Positions 27,479-36,384 of a stretch of 64,000 nt of DNA are shown here, piece after piece. Below the pieces are notes generated by a model. That model was not told the origin of the DNA. It saw nothing but the letters and a program-made list of their open reading frames with translations, and searched no databases. A program made the position numbers and the translations under genes. Origin of the DNA: Desulfobulbaceae bacterium (GTDB lineage: Bacteria > Desulfobacterota > Desulfobulbia > Desulfobulbales > SURF-16); NCBI GenBank assembly GCA_023230525.1, contig JALNXE010000002.1:8159-72158 (forward strand), written 5' to 3'. Positions within the stretch are counted from its first letter, which is position 1. Each line of letters starts with the position of its first letter.

Positions 27479-29962
27479 TCAGATGGTGTCCAGCAGGGTC
27501 TGCATCATTTCATCGGCCATGGTGATCAGCTTGGCGGCGGCGCTGTAGGCCTGCTGGTACTTGATGAGATTGGCCATCTCCTCATCCAGGGAGATGCCGG
27601 AGGCGGAATCGCGCAGGTCCATGAGCTGGTTGCCGAGCAGGGTCTGGTATTCCAGATTGTCGGTTGCGGCCTGGCTGTCCAGGCCGATATCACCCACCAG
27701 GGAACTGTAAAAATCATTCAGGCTGGTCTGGCTGCCGCCGGTAAAGGCCACATCTTCCCGGTCGCAGATATTGCCGAGCAGGAGGGCGTTGTTGTTATTG
27801 CCGGTGTAGATCTCCCCATCCTCGCCCACCAGGCCTGCGGCAAGATAGTCCGGGTTGTCGGTCACCGTCTGGTTGATGGCCATATCCGCTGCGCTGCTGC
27901 CGGTGAAAAAGGTGTTCAGTTCCGCGCCGGCGAGAAAGTTTGTGTTGTCACCCCCGAAGGCGAACTGATGATCGCTGTCCGGGGTAAGCACCAGCCGGTT
28001 GTCCCGGACCGAGGCGGTGAGCCAGGCCGGGCTGGCGCCGGTGGTGTTGGCAAGCGAGGTGTTGATGGCCTCCGCCACATCCTGCAGGGTGTAGGCCCTG
28101 GTCAGATCAACGCTCACCGCATCCGGCCAGGCGAGGCTGCCGTCTCCGTTGTAGAGCCACAGGTCAAAGCCGCCCCCGTCGGTCTGCAGCTCATCCGCAT
28201 AGGCCAGCCCCTGCAGCACGCCGCTCACCGCATTGTCACTGGCCCGGAAGGTCAGTTGGCCGTCCCCTGCCACGTCATCGCTGCTGACATTGCCGCCGCC
28301 GAGCCCGAGTTGGTCCAGGTAGGTATCATTGCTGCCGGCCTCGATGGCAATATCTTCGGTGGCAAAGAGCGACACCGTGCCGCTGTTGTGCGTCGCATCC
28401 GCGCTGAAGCTGCCGCCGGTCAGACCAAGTTTGCCCTCCGCTGCCTCAGCGGCATCAATGCCGCTGATGACGATGGCCGACTCGTCGCCGGCATTGGTGT
28501 TGCGCAGGATAAGGCTGTCCGCGGCCCCGCCGTTGGTCCCGTCGCCCACCATAGCCTCCATGGTCATCTCCGGGCTGTTGGCCGGGTCACTGTTATAGGC
28601 GGTGATGGCGCTGTTGATGGCGTCAACCAGGTTTGCCGCCGTCTCCCCGGCCGTCTCCGGGGCGGCTGCGGTGTAGGACACCTCGATGCCGCCCACCGTG
28701 AAGTTCACCGTTTCGCCGGCAGCAAGACCTGCGGTGATGGCCGTCCCGCTGACCTGGCTGGTGAGTTTGGCCGTGACCCCGCATGCTGCGGCGTTGATCG
28801 CCGCCGCCGTATTGGCGGATTTTGCGGCGGCCAGCCCAGAACTTGCCGCCCCGCCGGCAATCCTGCCGATATTTACGCCGTTGATCTGCAGGGTGCCTGC
28901 CGGGATGGCCGTGCCGGCCTGACCGGCGTCAAGTGCGGCTGTGAGCAGGGCCGTATCCGGGATCTGCACGCTCTGCAGCTCCTGGCTGAAGGGCGCCAGT
29001 CCCACCCCCTGGCTGTACTGCTGATTGATCTCCCGGATCAGGGCATTGGCAAAGGCGTCGAGCTGACCCGCGTAGTTGTCCGAATTACCTTCCTCGATCT
29101 GGCCGAGAACCTCGGTCCAGCCGCCGATTTTCCCGCCGAGATCGCTGCCGCCCTTGATGGCGGTTGCGCTTGATTCGCCGCCGGCATTTTCGCTGATCCA
29201 GGAAAGCCCGTCCTCATTCCAGGCAATGTCCCACTGTTGGCCGGCATCCACCAGGCTGTGGCCGTCGGCCAGCATCACCGTGCAGGCCCCGTTGCCTGAC
29301 TCGAAGGAGGTGACGTCAAGGTAGCCGGCCAGTTCGTTGACCAGGGCATCCCGTTTGTCCCGCAGGTCATTCTGCTGGGCCGTGGCGGTTTCGGTGGAGC
29401 TGATCTGCCCATTGAGATCGGCGATCTGCCGGGTGATGGCATTCACATCGCTCACCGCCGCATCCATGCTGACATTGAGGTCCGAGCGCAGTTCGCCGAT
29501 GGCGGCGGTGATGTTCTGCACTTTATCGATGAGCAGCTGGCCCTGTTCCAGCACCTGCTGGCGGGAGGAGTCCAGTTCCGGGTTGTCGGACAGCGCCTGC
29601 CAGCTGTCCCAGAAAGAGTTCAGCAGGTCACTCACCCCCAGGTCCCCGGTCTCGTCGAAAATCGCCTCCAGGATGGGGTAGGCCTCGCTTTGGGCCTCGA
29701 GATAGCCCAGCGTTGAATTCTGCTCGACAATCTGCCGGCTGATGAACTGATCATACTGGCGCATGATGCTGACCTGCTGGACCCCGTTGCCGAGATAGCC
29801 GATGCCGATGGCAGAGGAAGCGGCGGTGGTCAGGGTCAGGCTCTGTCTGCTGTAGCCCTCGGTATCGGCATTGGCGATATTATGACTGGCCACGCTGATG
29901 GCGGTCTGCTGGGCGAGCAGCGCCTCTTTGCCGATATTGAGAATGGTGGAGATTCCGGACAT
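27479..29962 (-). CDS. flgK: Flagellar hook-associated protein 1, enlarged
   Basis: 827-aa ORF. N-terminus 'ILNIGKEALLAQQTAISVASHNIANADTEGYSRQ'. C-terminus 'SGISLDEEMANLIKYQQAYSAAAKLI'. Internal 'LQINGVNIG' motif. Confidence 0.9.
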   Translation of the reverse strand: MSGISTILNIGKEALLAQQTAISVASHNIANADTEGYSRQSLTLTTAASSAIGIGYLGNGVQQVSIMRQYDQFISRQIVEQNSTLGYLEAQSEAYPILEAIFDETGDLGVSDLLNSFWDSWQALSDNPELDSSRQQVLEQGQLLIDKVQNITAAIGELRSDLNVSMDAAVSDVNAITRQIADLNGQISSTETATAQQNDLRDKRDALVNELAGYLDVTSFESGNGACTVMLADGHSLVDAGQQWDIAWNEDGLSWISENAGGESSATAIKGGSDLGGKIGGWTEVLGQIEEGNSDNYAGQLDAFANALIREINQQYSQGVGLAPFSQELQSVQIPDTALLTAALDAGQAGTAIPAGTLQINGVNIGRIAGGAASSGLAAAKSANTAAAINAAACGVTAKLTSQVSGTAITAGLAAGETVNFTVGGIEVSYTAAAPETAGETAANLVDAINSAITAYNSDPANSPEMTMEAMVGDGTNGGAADSLILRNTNAGDESAIVISGIDAAEAAEGKLGLTGGSFSADATHNSGTVSLFATEDIAIEAGSNDTYLDQLGLGGGNVSSDDVAGDGQLTFRASDNAVSGVLQGLAYADELQTDGGGFDLWLYNGDGSLAWPDAVSVDLTRAYTLQDVAEAINTSLANTTGASPAWLTASVRDNRLVLTPDSDHQFAFGGDNTNFLAGAELNTFFTGSSAADMAINQTVTDNPDYLAAGLVGEDGEIYTGNNNNALLLGNICDREDVAFTGGSQTSLNDFYSSLVGDIGLDSQAATDNLEYQTLLGNQLMDLRDSASGISLDEEMANLIKYQQAYSAAAKLITMADEMMQTLLDTI

Positions 29963-30016
29963 GTCAGTTCATCCCGCGCGGAATTTTAAAAGAGAAATCT
30001 GTTCACAACCGCCGTA

Positions 30017-30694
30017 TTACGTGGTGCCGTTGTGCACCCCGATCACCGCTCCCACCTCAACCGGGATGGCGTTGTCCAGGGTCAGCACCGCCGTGCCTGA
30101 CTGGTAATCGAGCCCGGTCACCGTGCCGGTGGTCTGGTATTCCACCTCTGCCTCGGTGCCGTCCGCGGTCGTGCCGTTCACCGCAAAAAGATAGAGACCG
30201 TCCTCAACGGTATTCCCTCCGCTGTTGGTGCCGTCCCATTCCAGCGTGTAGGTGCCGGCCTCAAGGCTACCCAGATCCAGGGACTTTATGACATTGCCGG
30301 AGGAGTCGGAGATGTCCACCTGGCAGGTGGCGACGGCGGACGCCAGGGTGAATTCCCCGGTGCCCGGTTGCCCGTCACTCACCGCCACCACATTGGATGA
30401 TGCCGTCACCTCGCTGCCCAGCAGGGAAATGAGCTGCACATTGTTCTGCGAAACCTGGTACTCCAGGAGTTTTTCGATATTACCCGCCATCTCCTGGGTG
30501 GCCTGCATGTTGCTGAACTGGGCCATCTGCGAGGCCATTTCATAGGTGTCCAGCGGTTCCAGGGGGTCCTGGTTCTGCAGCTGGGTGATCAGCAGGTTCA
30601 TGAAATCCTCGCTGTCCAGGGTGCTGTCTCCCACGGTCGTGTAAAGACTCGGCTCCTGATAGAGTAACGAACTGTCCAGGGCTGAAACGGTCAT
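30017..30694 (-). CDS. flgD: Flagellar hook capping/assembly protein
   Basis: Start chosen at 'MTVSALDSS' (ATG 30694, GGAGG RBS; track ORF extends to 30805). FlgD motif 'EDFMNLLITQLQNQDPLEPLD' and an Ig-like C-terminal region. Confidence 0.85.
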   Translation of the reverse strand: MTVSALDSSLLYQEPSLYTTVGDSTLDSEDFMNLLITQLQNQDPLEPLDTYEMASQMAQFSNMQATQEMAGNIEKLLEYQVSQNNVQLISLLGSEVTASSNVVAVSDGQPGTGEFTLASAVATCQVDISDSSGNVIKSLDLGSLEAGTYTLEWDGTNSGGNTVEDGLYLFAVNGTTADGTEAEVEYQTTGTVTGLDYQSGTAVLTLDNAIPVEVGAVIGVHNGTT

Positions 30695-30754
30695 GACTTT
30701 CCTCCTTTGTTTAAGCAGCTTTTTCACCACCACACCTGCGGGACTGCGGAGCCT

Positions 30755-30781
30755 CTGCACCTTGTTCATGGACGCCGGGCA
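30755..30781 (+). repeat. 27-nt direct repeat, copy 1 (flgD-flgE intergenic region)
   Basis: CTGCACCTTGTTCATGGACGCCGGGCA. It matches copy 2 at 31122-31148 in 26/27 positions, 367 bp away. Confidence 0.7.
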
Positions 30782-30979
30782 TGAAACTGAAGCGAATCCG
30801 TTCACTGTGCAGGCTTGACCATCCCTGGCCAGCTCCCTTTGCCTGCTTCAGTCGCCGGGGGGGAAGAGCCGGTTACATTTTTTTTACGGTTGCCGCCATC
30901 CGGCAACGTGTCGCATGCCGTAGGAGCGGGCCTTGCCCGCGATACGGAGGTTGCGCATGCCAGGTCCGCGCGCCAGGCA

Positions 30980-30999
30980 GGGCGGTTCGCGAACCGCCC
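30980..30999. repeat. Perfect 20-nt palindrome GGGCGGTTCGCGAACCGCCC (REP-like), inside the flgD-flgE spacer
   Basis: Self-complementary by inspection. Embedded in GC-rich flanks (GTAGGAGCGGGCCTTGCCCGC ... CCCCCTACAG). Related copies at 34046-34067 and 25440-25467. Confidence 0.7.
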
Positions 31000-31121
31000 C
31001 CTACAGGCCCGGGTCTCTCCGCGTGAGATGGCAGTTTCCGGGGCTGTCAAAATAGTGATGCAAAAAAAACGTAACCGGGCAGGGGACCGGAGCGTCTATC
31101 CAATCATGCACCCCTGTTCTC

Positions 31122-31148
31122 CTGCACCTTGTTCATGGACGTCGGGCA
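31122..31148 (+). repeat. 27-nt direct repeat, copy 2
   Basis: CTGCACCTTGTTCATGGACGTCGGGCA, located 67 nt upstream of the flgE ATG. Confidence 0.7.
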
Positions 31149-31214
31149 AACGCTAGAGCACGCATTGCCGGGATGAGTTTTGCGGCAATGCGGCGAAGGG
31201 AAGAGGAGAAAAAC

Positions 31215-33995
31215 ATGGGTATTTCGAGTTCTTTATATTCCAGCATCAGCGGCCTGAACACCCTGGGCAATGCCATGAGTGTGTTGAGCGACAACGTGGC
31301 CAACGTCAACACCGTGGCCTTCAAGTCGAGCCGGTCCACCTTTCAGGACGTGCTGTCCCAGGCCGTTTCCACGGCGGCGGGCAGTGCGCAGGTGGGCCGC
31401 GGGGTTACCCTGAGCACGGTGGACGGTCTGTTTGCCCAGGGGGCATTCGAGTCCACCTCCACGGCCACCGATCTTGCCATCGGCGGCCAGGGGTTTTTCA
31501 TGCTGCGTTCGGAAAACAGCGCCCAGGCGGACATGTATACCAGGGCCGGGGAATTCCGTTTCGACCAGGAGGGCAATCTGGTCAGTCCGGCCGGCTACTT
31601 TGTCCAGGGCTGGTCCATTGATTCGGCCACCGGCCAGGTGCAGGGCACCATCGGCGACATCACCATCGGCACCTCAACCCCGCCGGTGGAAACGGATCTG
31701 ATGGAGGTGATCGTCAACCTGGATTCCACGGTGGATAACGAAACAGTCAGTGTTCCCCTCTATGAGGCTTGGAACGGCACCAATGCCGCGGCGGTCAACC
31801 CCTCCGACCCCATCGACGCCAACAACTACGAGTATACCTCCTCCATGACCGTCTACGACTCCAAGGGGGCCAGCCACGATGTCACCATCTACTTTGACCG
31901 GACCGCCAACAACAACGAGTGGGAATTCCTGGTGAGCTGCGATCCGGCCGAGGATCTCCGGCTGCTCGAAGGCGACGAGCTGACGACCTATGCCCCGAAC
32001 ACCACCTATAACTATGAGGAGAATGCCGGGGCCGGGGCCTTGCTGTACGGCATCATCAATTTCAACACCTCGGGCGACATCACCAATATCGCCGCGTGGG
32101 ATGTGCCGCCGGACGGCGAGGTTGATCCGGCCCTCGCTGAAAACCGCATCAATCTCGAACCGGGTGACAGCTATTACAGTTTTGACTGCAACTTCACCGG
32201 GGCCTCAACCAACCAGAGTGTTGAACTGAACTTCGGCGCCGCCTTCAGCGGCCTGGTGACCAGCCAGACCCAGGTCCTGGTCAGCAACAGCGGGGCCTTC
32301 AGTAATGTGGACCTGACCGATAGCGTTACCAGCGCGACCGTCTGGGACAGCGTCTATGACGGGGTCGGCAATGTGATGAGTGACGGGGATGTCTTTACCT
32401 TCAGCGGGTTCGCCAATGACGGCACCGCTGTTTCCGGCCAGTATGTGGTGGGCGCCGCGGACAAGGTGCAGGATCTGCTGGACGCCCTGAGCGCCACCTT
32501 CGGCGCCACGGCAGGCATTGATGCGGCAGGACGCCTGAAGCTCACCGATAACACCGGCGGGGACAGCAGCCTGGCCATCAGCGGCTTTGTCACCTCCTCG
32601 CTCACCGGGGCCGATCCTTTCGGCGGGGGCGGCCTGGTGGAGGATCAATGGGCGGTGTCGGCAGGCCCGGCCAGCGCCGACGGCGGCGCCACGGTGATCA
32701 GCGACCCGGCCAGCCTGCTGACCACCATCGGCGGCGGCACCGGTACGGTAACAACGGGCGACGTCTTCACCTTCAGCGGCACGGCCGTGGACAGCAGCGA
32801 TGTGACCCTGGCGGGCAACAATATCTTCACCGTGGGGGCAACCAGCACCATCCAGGAGCTGCTTGATTTCATGTCCGCCCTGTATGAGGACGGTAATTCC
32901 GCCGGCCCAGCCACCGGCCTGCTCACCGCGGAGCTTGATGACGCAGGTTTCCTGCGGCTTTTTGACAACACCGCCTCCGGCAATCTGGATGTGGTCATGG
33001 GCTTTTCCGATGCGGACGCCAGCGGCTTTGCTGATCCCTTCGGCGGCTCCTTTGCCATGCAGGACGCCATATCCGGCCAGATCAACATCACCACCTCCAA
33101 GACCGAGGTGATTTCTCCGGGCCGGGCCTTGAGCACGGCAACCGGCACCCCGCCGGCGATCAGCGCCGAAACCGCCTGGACCAGTGTCTACAGCGATGAA
33201 ACACCGGGCACCGCGGCGAGCGGCGTGATCAGTTTTTCCGGCACCCGGGGCGACGGCACGGCTGTTACCTTATCCTATGATATTGATGCGGCCAAAGGTG
33301 CGGGGGAGACGGTGCAGGATCTGCTTGCTCAGCTGGAAGAGGCGTTTGGCGCCGATGCCGGCATTGACGAGGCGGGCCGCCTGGTGCTGCGGGACCGGCT
33401 TGCCGACACGGCCACGGAAACCAGCGGACTGGCCCTGACCGTCACCGGCTACGGCACCGGTCCGGAGATCTTCGGCCCGGCCGGGGACGCCTTTGAGACG
33501 GTGAACGGCGATCTGCTGGCCGACGGCAGCCGGGAAGGGGATGTGGTCAGTTCCCTGTTTGAGTCCGAGGCCCTGGCCTCCACCCAGTATGCCAACAGCT
33601 CCACCACGGTCTTCCAGGACCAGGACGGTTTTGCCTCGGGCTTCCTGCAGTCAGTCTCGGTGGATACCGCCGGGGTGATAACCGGCCACTATTCCAACGG
33701 CCAGGTGCTGGGCAAGGCCCAGGTGGCCCTGGCCAATTTCAATAACCTCAACGGGCTCTACAAGGAGGGGGGCAATGTCTTCAAGGAAACCACGGAATCA
33801 GGCGCACCCATCACCGGGGTGCCGGGCAGCAACGGCCTGGGCTCCATCTCCTCCAATTCCCTGGAGCAGTCCAATGTGGAGCTCAGCGCCGAGTTTGTCA
33901 AGCTGATCACCACCCAGCGCGGCTTTCAGGCCAGCTCGAAGATCATCACCACGGCGGATGAGATGCTGCAGGATCTCATCAATATCAAGAGGTGA
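31215..33995 (+). CDS. flgE: Flagellar hook protein, giant form (~926 aa) with three tandem inserted modules
   Basis: Start chosen at 'MGISSSLYSSISGLNTLGNAMSVLSDNVANVNTVAFKSSR' (GGAGAAAAAC upstream). C-terminus 'LEQSNVELSAEFVKLITTQRGFQASSKIITTADEMLQDLINIKR'. Normal FlgE is roughly 400 aa. Confidence 0.9.
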   Translation: MGISSSLYSSISGLNTLGNAMSVLSDNVANVNTVAFKSSRSTFQDVLSQAVSTAAGSAQVGRGVTLSTVDGLFAQGAFESTSTATDLAIGGQGFFMLRSENSAQADMYTRAGEFRFDQEGNLVSPAGYFVQGWSIDSATGQVQGTIGDITIGTSTPPVETDLMEVIVNLDSTVDNETVSVPLYEAWNGTNAAAVNPSDPIDANNYEYTSSMTVYDSKGASHDVTIYFDRTANNNEWEFLVSCDPAEDLRLLEGDELTTYAPNTTYNYEENAGAGALLYGIINFNTSGDITNIAAWDVPPDGEVDPALAENRINLEPGDSYYSFDCNFTGASTNQSVELNFGAAFSGLVTSQTQVLVSNSGAFSNVDLTDSVTSATVWDSVYDGVGNVMSDGDVFTFSGFANDGTAVSGQYVVGAADKVQDLLDALSATFGATAGIDAAGRLKLTDNTGGDSSLAISGFVTSSLTGADPFGGGGLVEDQWAVSAGPASADGGATVISDPASLLTTIGGGTGTVTTGDVFTFSGTAVDSSDVTLAGNNIFTVGATSTIQELLDFMSALYEDGNSAGPATGLLTAELDDAGFLRLFDNTASGNLDVVMGFSDADASGFADPFGGSFAMQDAISGQINITTSKTEVISPGRALSTATGTPPAISAETAWTSVYSDETPGTAASGVISFSGTRGDGTAVTLSYDIDAAKGAGETVQDLLAQLEEAFGADAGIDEAGRLVLRDRLADTATETSGLALTVTGYGTGPEIFGPAGDAFETVNGDLLADGSREGDVVSSLFESEALASTQYANSSTTVFQDQDGFASGFLQSVSVDTAGVITGHYSNGQVLGKAQVALANFNNLNGLYKEGGNVFKETTESGAPITGVPGSNGLGSISSNSLEQSNVELSAEFVKLITTQRGFQASSKIITTADEMLQDLINIKR

Positions 33996-34045
33996 TGCAT
34001 CGGACAGATCGAGAATTCAGCCGCGGAGTTCACGGCGATCCTGCG

Positions 34046-34067
34046 GGGGCGGTTCGCGAACCGCCCC
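34046..34067. repeat. Perfect 22-nt palindrome GGGGCGGTTCGCGAACCGCCCC (REP-like) between convergent flgE and the aminotransferase gene
   Basis: Self-complementary by inspection. Could act as a bidirectional hairpin, but there is no flanking T/A tract. Confidence 0.7.
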
Positions 34068-34117
34068 TGCTCCCAGTGCGTGTCTCTGTGGTTGATGGGA
34101 CTGTCCCTGCGGCGAAC

Positions 34118-35320
34118 TTATTGTTTTGCGCCTCTTTCCATGAGTTCCCGTATCGCCTTGCCCAGCCTGCCGATGCCGACATCGATTGTATCCACGTCGG
34201 CGCATGAGAAGTTGAGCCGCAGGGTACGGTGCCTGTTGCCCCGGACATAAAAGGGATCGCCCGGTACGAATACGACCTTATCCAGGACCGCCAGCTCGAA
34301 CAGGTCCATGGCGGCCATGTCCAGCGGTAATTCAGCCCACAGGAACATCCCTCCTTCCGGCCTGGTGTAGGTAACCTCGGCAGGGAAATACCTCTGTATA
34401 CTGTTTTGCATGGCCTGGCACTGGCGGCCATAGACGTCTCGAATCATGCGGATGTGTTCGTCAGCGTCGTTATCCCGCAGGTACTGGCAGACGATGCCTT
34501 GGGTGAAATGGCTGGTGTGGAGATCCGTGGCCTGTTTGGCCGTGATCAGCTTCTGCATGAGCGCGGGCGGGGCGACGATCCATCCCAGCCTCAGGCCTGG
34601 CACCAGGCTTTTGGAAAATGAGCCGAGCAGGATGGTATTGCCGGGCAAAAGTTCCTTGAAAGAAGTCCTGGCGTGGCCTGTGAATCGCAGGTCACCGTAA
34701 GGATCGTCCTCGATCAGCAGTGTGTCGGTTTCCTCAAGTATCCTGGCCAGTTCCAGTCTGTTCTGATCCGAGTAGGTGATTCCCGACGGGTTCTGGAAGT
34801 TCGGCACGGTGTACATCAATTTTGGCCGGCTGGACAATGCGCTGCGCAAGGCGACGGGGTCCATTCCCTCCCCGGAAACCGGGACGGGCAGGAACCGCGG
34901 TCTGTAGAGGGAAAAGGCCTGAATGGCCCCCAGGTAACCTGGCTCTTCGATGACTACCGCGTCGCCCTCGTTGAGAAGCGTCTTCCCCAGTAAGTCCAGG
35001 CCTTGCTGTGAGCCGCTGGTGATGAGGATACTGTCGACGGGTATATCCAGATTGGCCTTCTCTCGATAGCGCGTCGATATATATTCCCTGAGTCCTGCAT
35101 GGCCTTCCGAGCCGGCATACTGCAGGACGTCCCTGCCCTGGGTGTCGAACACCTTGCATGTCGCTTCCTTAAGCGCCGCCACGGGAAAGAGTTCCCTGTT
35201 GGGCAAGCCTCCGGCAAAGGAAATCACCGAGGGGTCAAGCGCCACCTTAAGTATTTCGCGAATAAAAGAGCGGGGTACGTCGGATATTCGGTCCGAAAAG
35301 ATGCGATCAAGTTTTGACAT
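34118..35320 (-). CDS. PLP-dependent aminotransferase (class I/II, 2-aminoadipate/aromatic aminotransferase-like)
   Basis: Start at 'MSKLDRIFSDRISDVPRSFIREILKV' (AAGGA RBS; a GTG at 35338 would overlap the upstream gene). 'ISFAGGLPNRELFP' and 'LGSFSKSLVPGLRLGW' (PLP-lysine region). Confidence 0.85.
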   Translation of the reverse strand: MSKLDRIFSDRISDVPRSFIREILKVALDPSVISFAGGLPNRELFPVAALKEATCKVFDTQGRDVLQYAGSEGHAGLREYISTRYREKANLDIPVDSILITSGSQQGLDLLGKTLLNEGDAVVIEEPGYLGAIQAFSLYRPRFLPVPVSGEGMDPVALRSALSSRPKLMYTVPNFQNPSGITYSDQNRLELARILEETDTLLIEDDPYGDLRFTGHARTSFKELLPGNTILLGSFSKSLVPGLRLGWIVAPPALMQKLITAKQATDLHTSHFTQGIVCQYLRDNDADEHIRMIRDVYGRQCQAMQNSIQRYFPAEVTYTRPEGGMFLWAELPLDMAAMDLFELAVLDKVVFVPGDPFYVRGNRHRTLRLNFSCADVDTIDVGIGRLGKAIRELMERGAKQ

Positions 35321-35331
35321 ATTTTTCCTTT

Positions 35332-36153
35332 TCACCACAGAAACGCAACGGCGCGTTTGTCCAGAATGGCGTCATCAAATATCGTGGACGCCGGTTTGTC
35401 CGCCATGGCAAGACAGACATGGAGCGGCAGCAGATGTTCTTCGCGGGGGTGGCAGTAGCGGGCCGAAGGGGCCTTTTCCCAGTTGGTCACAAGCTGTTCG
35501 CGCGCAGCCTGGGAGAGGGGGCCGGTGCACACCTCAACCAACCAATCCTGGAAGGCATCATTGGCTGGGTCCGGCGCATCCCCTCCTTGCCGAAAAAATT
35601 CCCGCATGTTGTGGAAGGAAAATCCTGAGCCGACCACCAGGATATTTTCATGCAGCAATTCCCGCAAGGCTTGGCCCAGGGCTATATGTGCCGCCGGGTT
35701 CAGACCGCGCATCAGCGAAAGCTGCAGGGCCGGGATATCTGCCTGGGGGTACATCATTTTTAGCGGGATGAAGAGGCCATGGTCAAATCCCCGCTCATGG
35801 TCGAGCCGGCCCGGTATATTGTTTTTTATCAAGAGTTTTGCTATCCTGTCGGCAAGTTCGGGGCTGCCGGGGGCCGGATAGTTGATCTCATAGGCTTCTT
35901 CAGGGAAACCGTAATAATCGTACAACATGGGAGGGGCAGGGGAAGAGAGCAGGGTTGCCGTGCTTTCTTCCCAATGGGCGCTGATGACGAGGATGGCATC
36001 CGGTCTGCGCAGCCGGGATGGCAGCTGCCGCATGAAATTTACCATCGCCTGGTGGCTGGGGTCCCCGAGAATCGGCAGGGGACCGCCGCCGTGGGAGAAA
36101 TAGACTATTTGGGCTTGCTTGGGAGGATTGTTTTGATTCGGCATGAAGGGCAC
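35332..36153 (-). CDS. Class III extradiol dioxygenase, 4,5-DOPA dioxygenase (YgiD/LigB) family
   Basis: 273-aa ORF. 'VYFSHGGGPLPILGD', 'ILVISAHWE', 'VVGSGFSFHNM', typical of the LigB/DODA family. Confidence 0.85.
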   Translation of the reverse strand: MPFMPNQNNPPKQAQIVYFSHGGGPLPILGDPSHQAMVNFMRQLPSRLRRPDAILVISAHWEESTATLLSSPAPPMLYDYYGFPEEAYEINYPAPGSPELADRIAKLLIKNNIPGRLDHERGFDHGLFIPLKMMYPQADIPALQLSLMRGLNPAAHIALGQALRELLHENILVVGSGFSFHNMREFFRQGGDAPDPANDAFQDWLVEVCTGPLSQAAREQLVTNWEKAPSARYCHPREEHLLPLHVCLAMADKPASTIFDDAILDKRAVAFLW

Positions 36154-36384
36154 TCCATTGGATCATTCTTCGGTTGTTTTTCAGTTGGAAACGGCGCTTG
36201 CTGCGTTTTTATATTGTATTTACATGGAAGTTGGCACTCAAAGAAAAGTGGGGCAGGATTGAATTTATAAATTTATGGGCGTCCCCTTCTTCTGTGTCTT
36301 CCGAGGGAAAGTCCGTAGTCAGCGGAAAATAGGACGTAGGTCTAGGTTCCCGCTGAATTGCATGGTTAAGCATTCCGTATTATT

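Noticed and set aside
30755-31148. Interpreting the 27-nt direct repeats as a transposon target-site duplication.
   Set aside because: 27 nt is much longer than usual TSDs, and the insert has no terminal inverted repeats abutting them. I report it only as a duplication flanking a repeat-rich insert.
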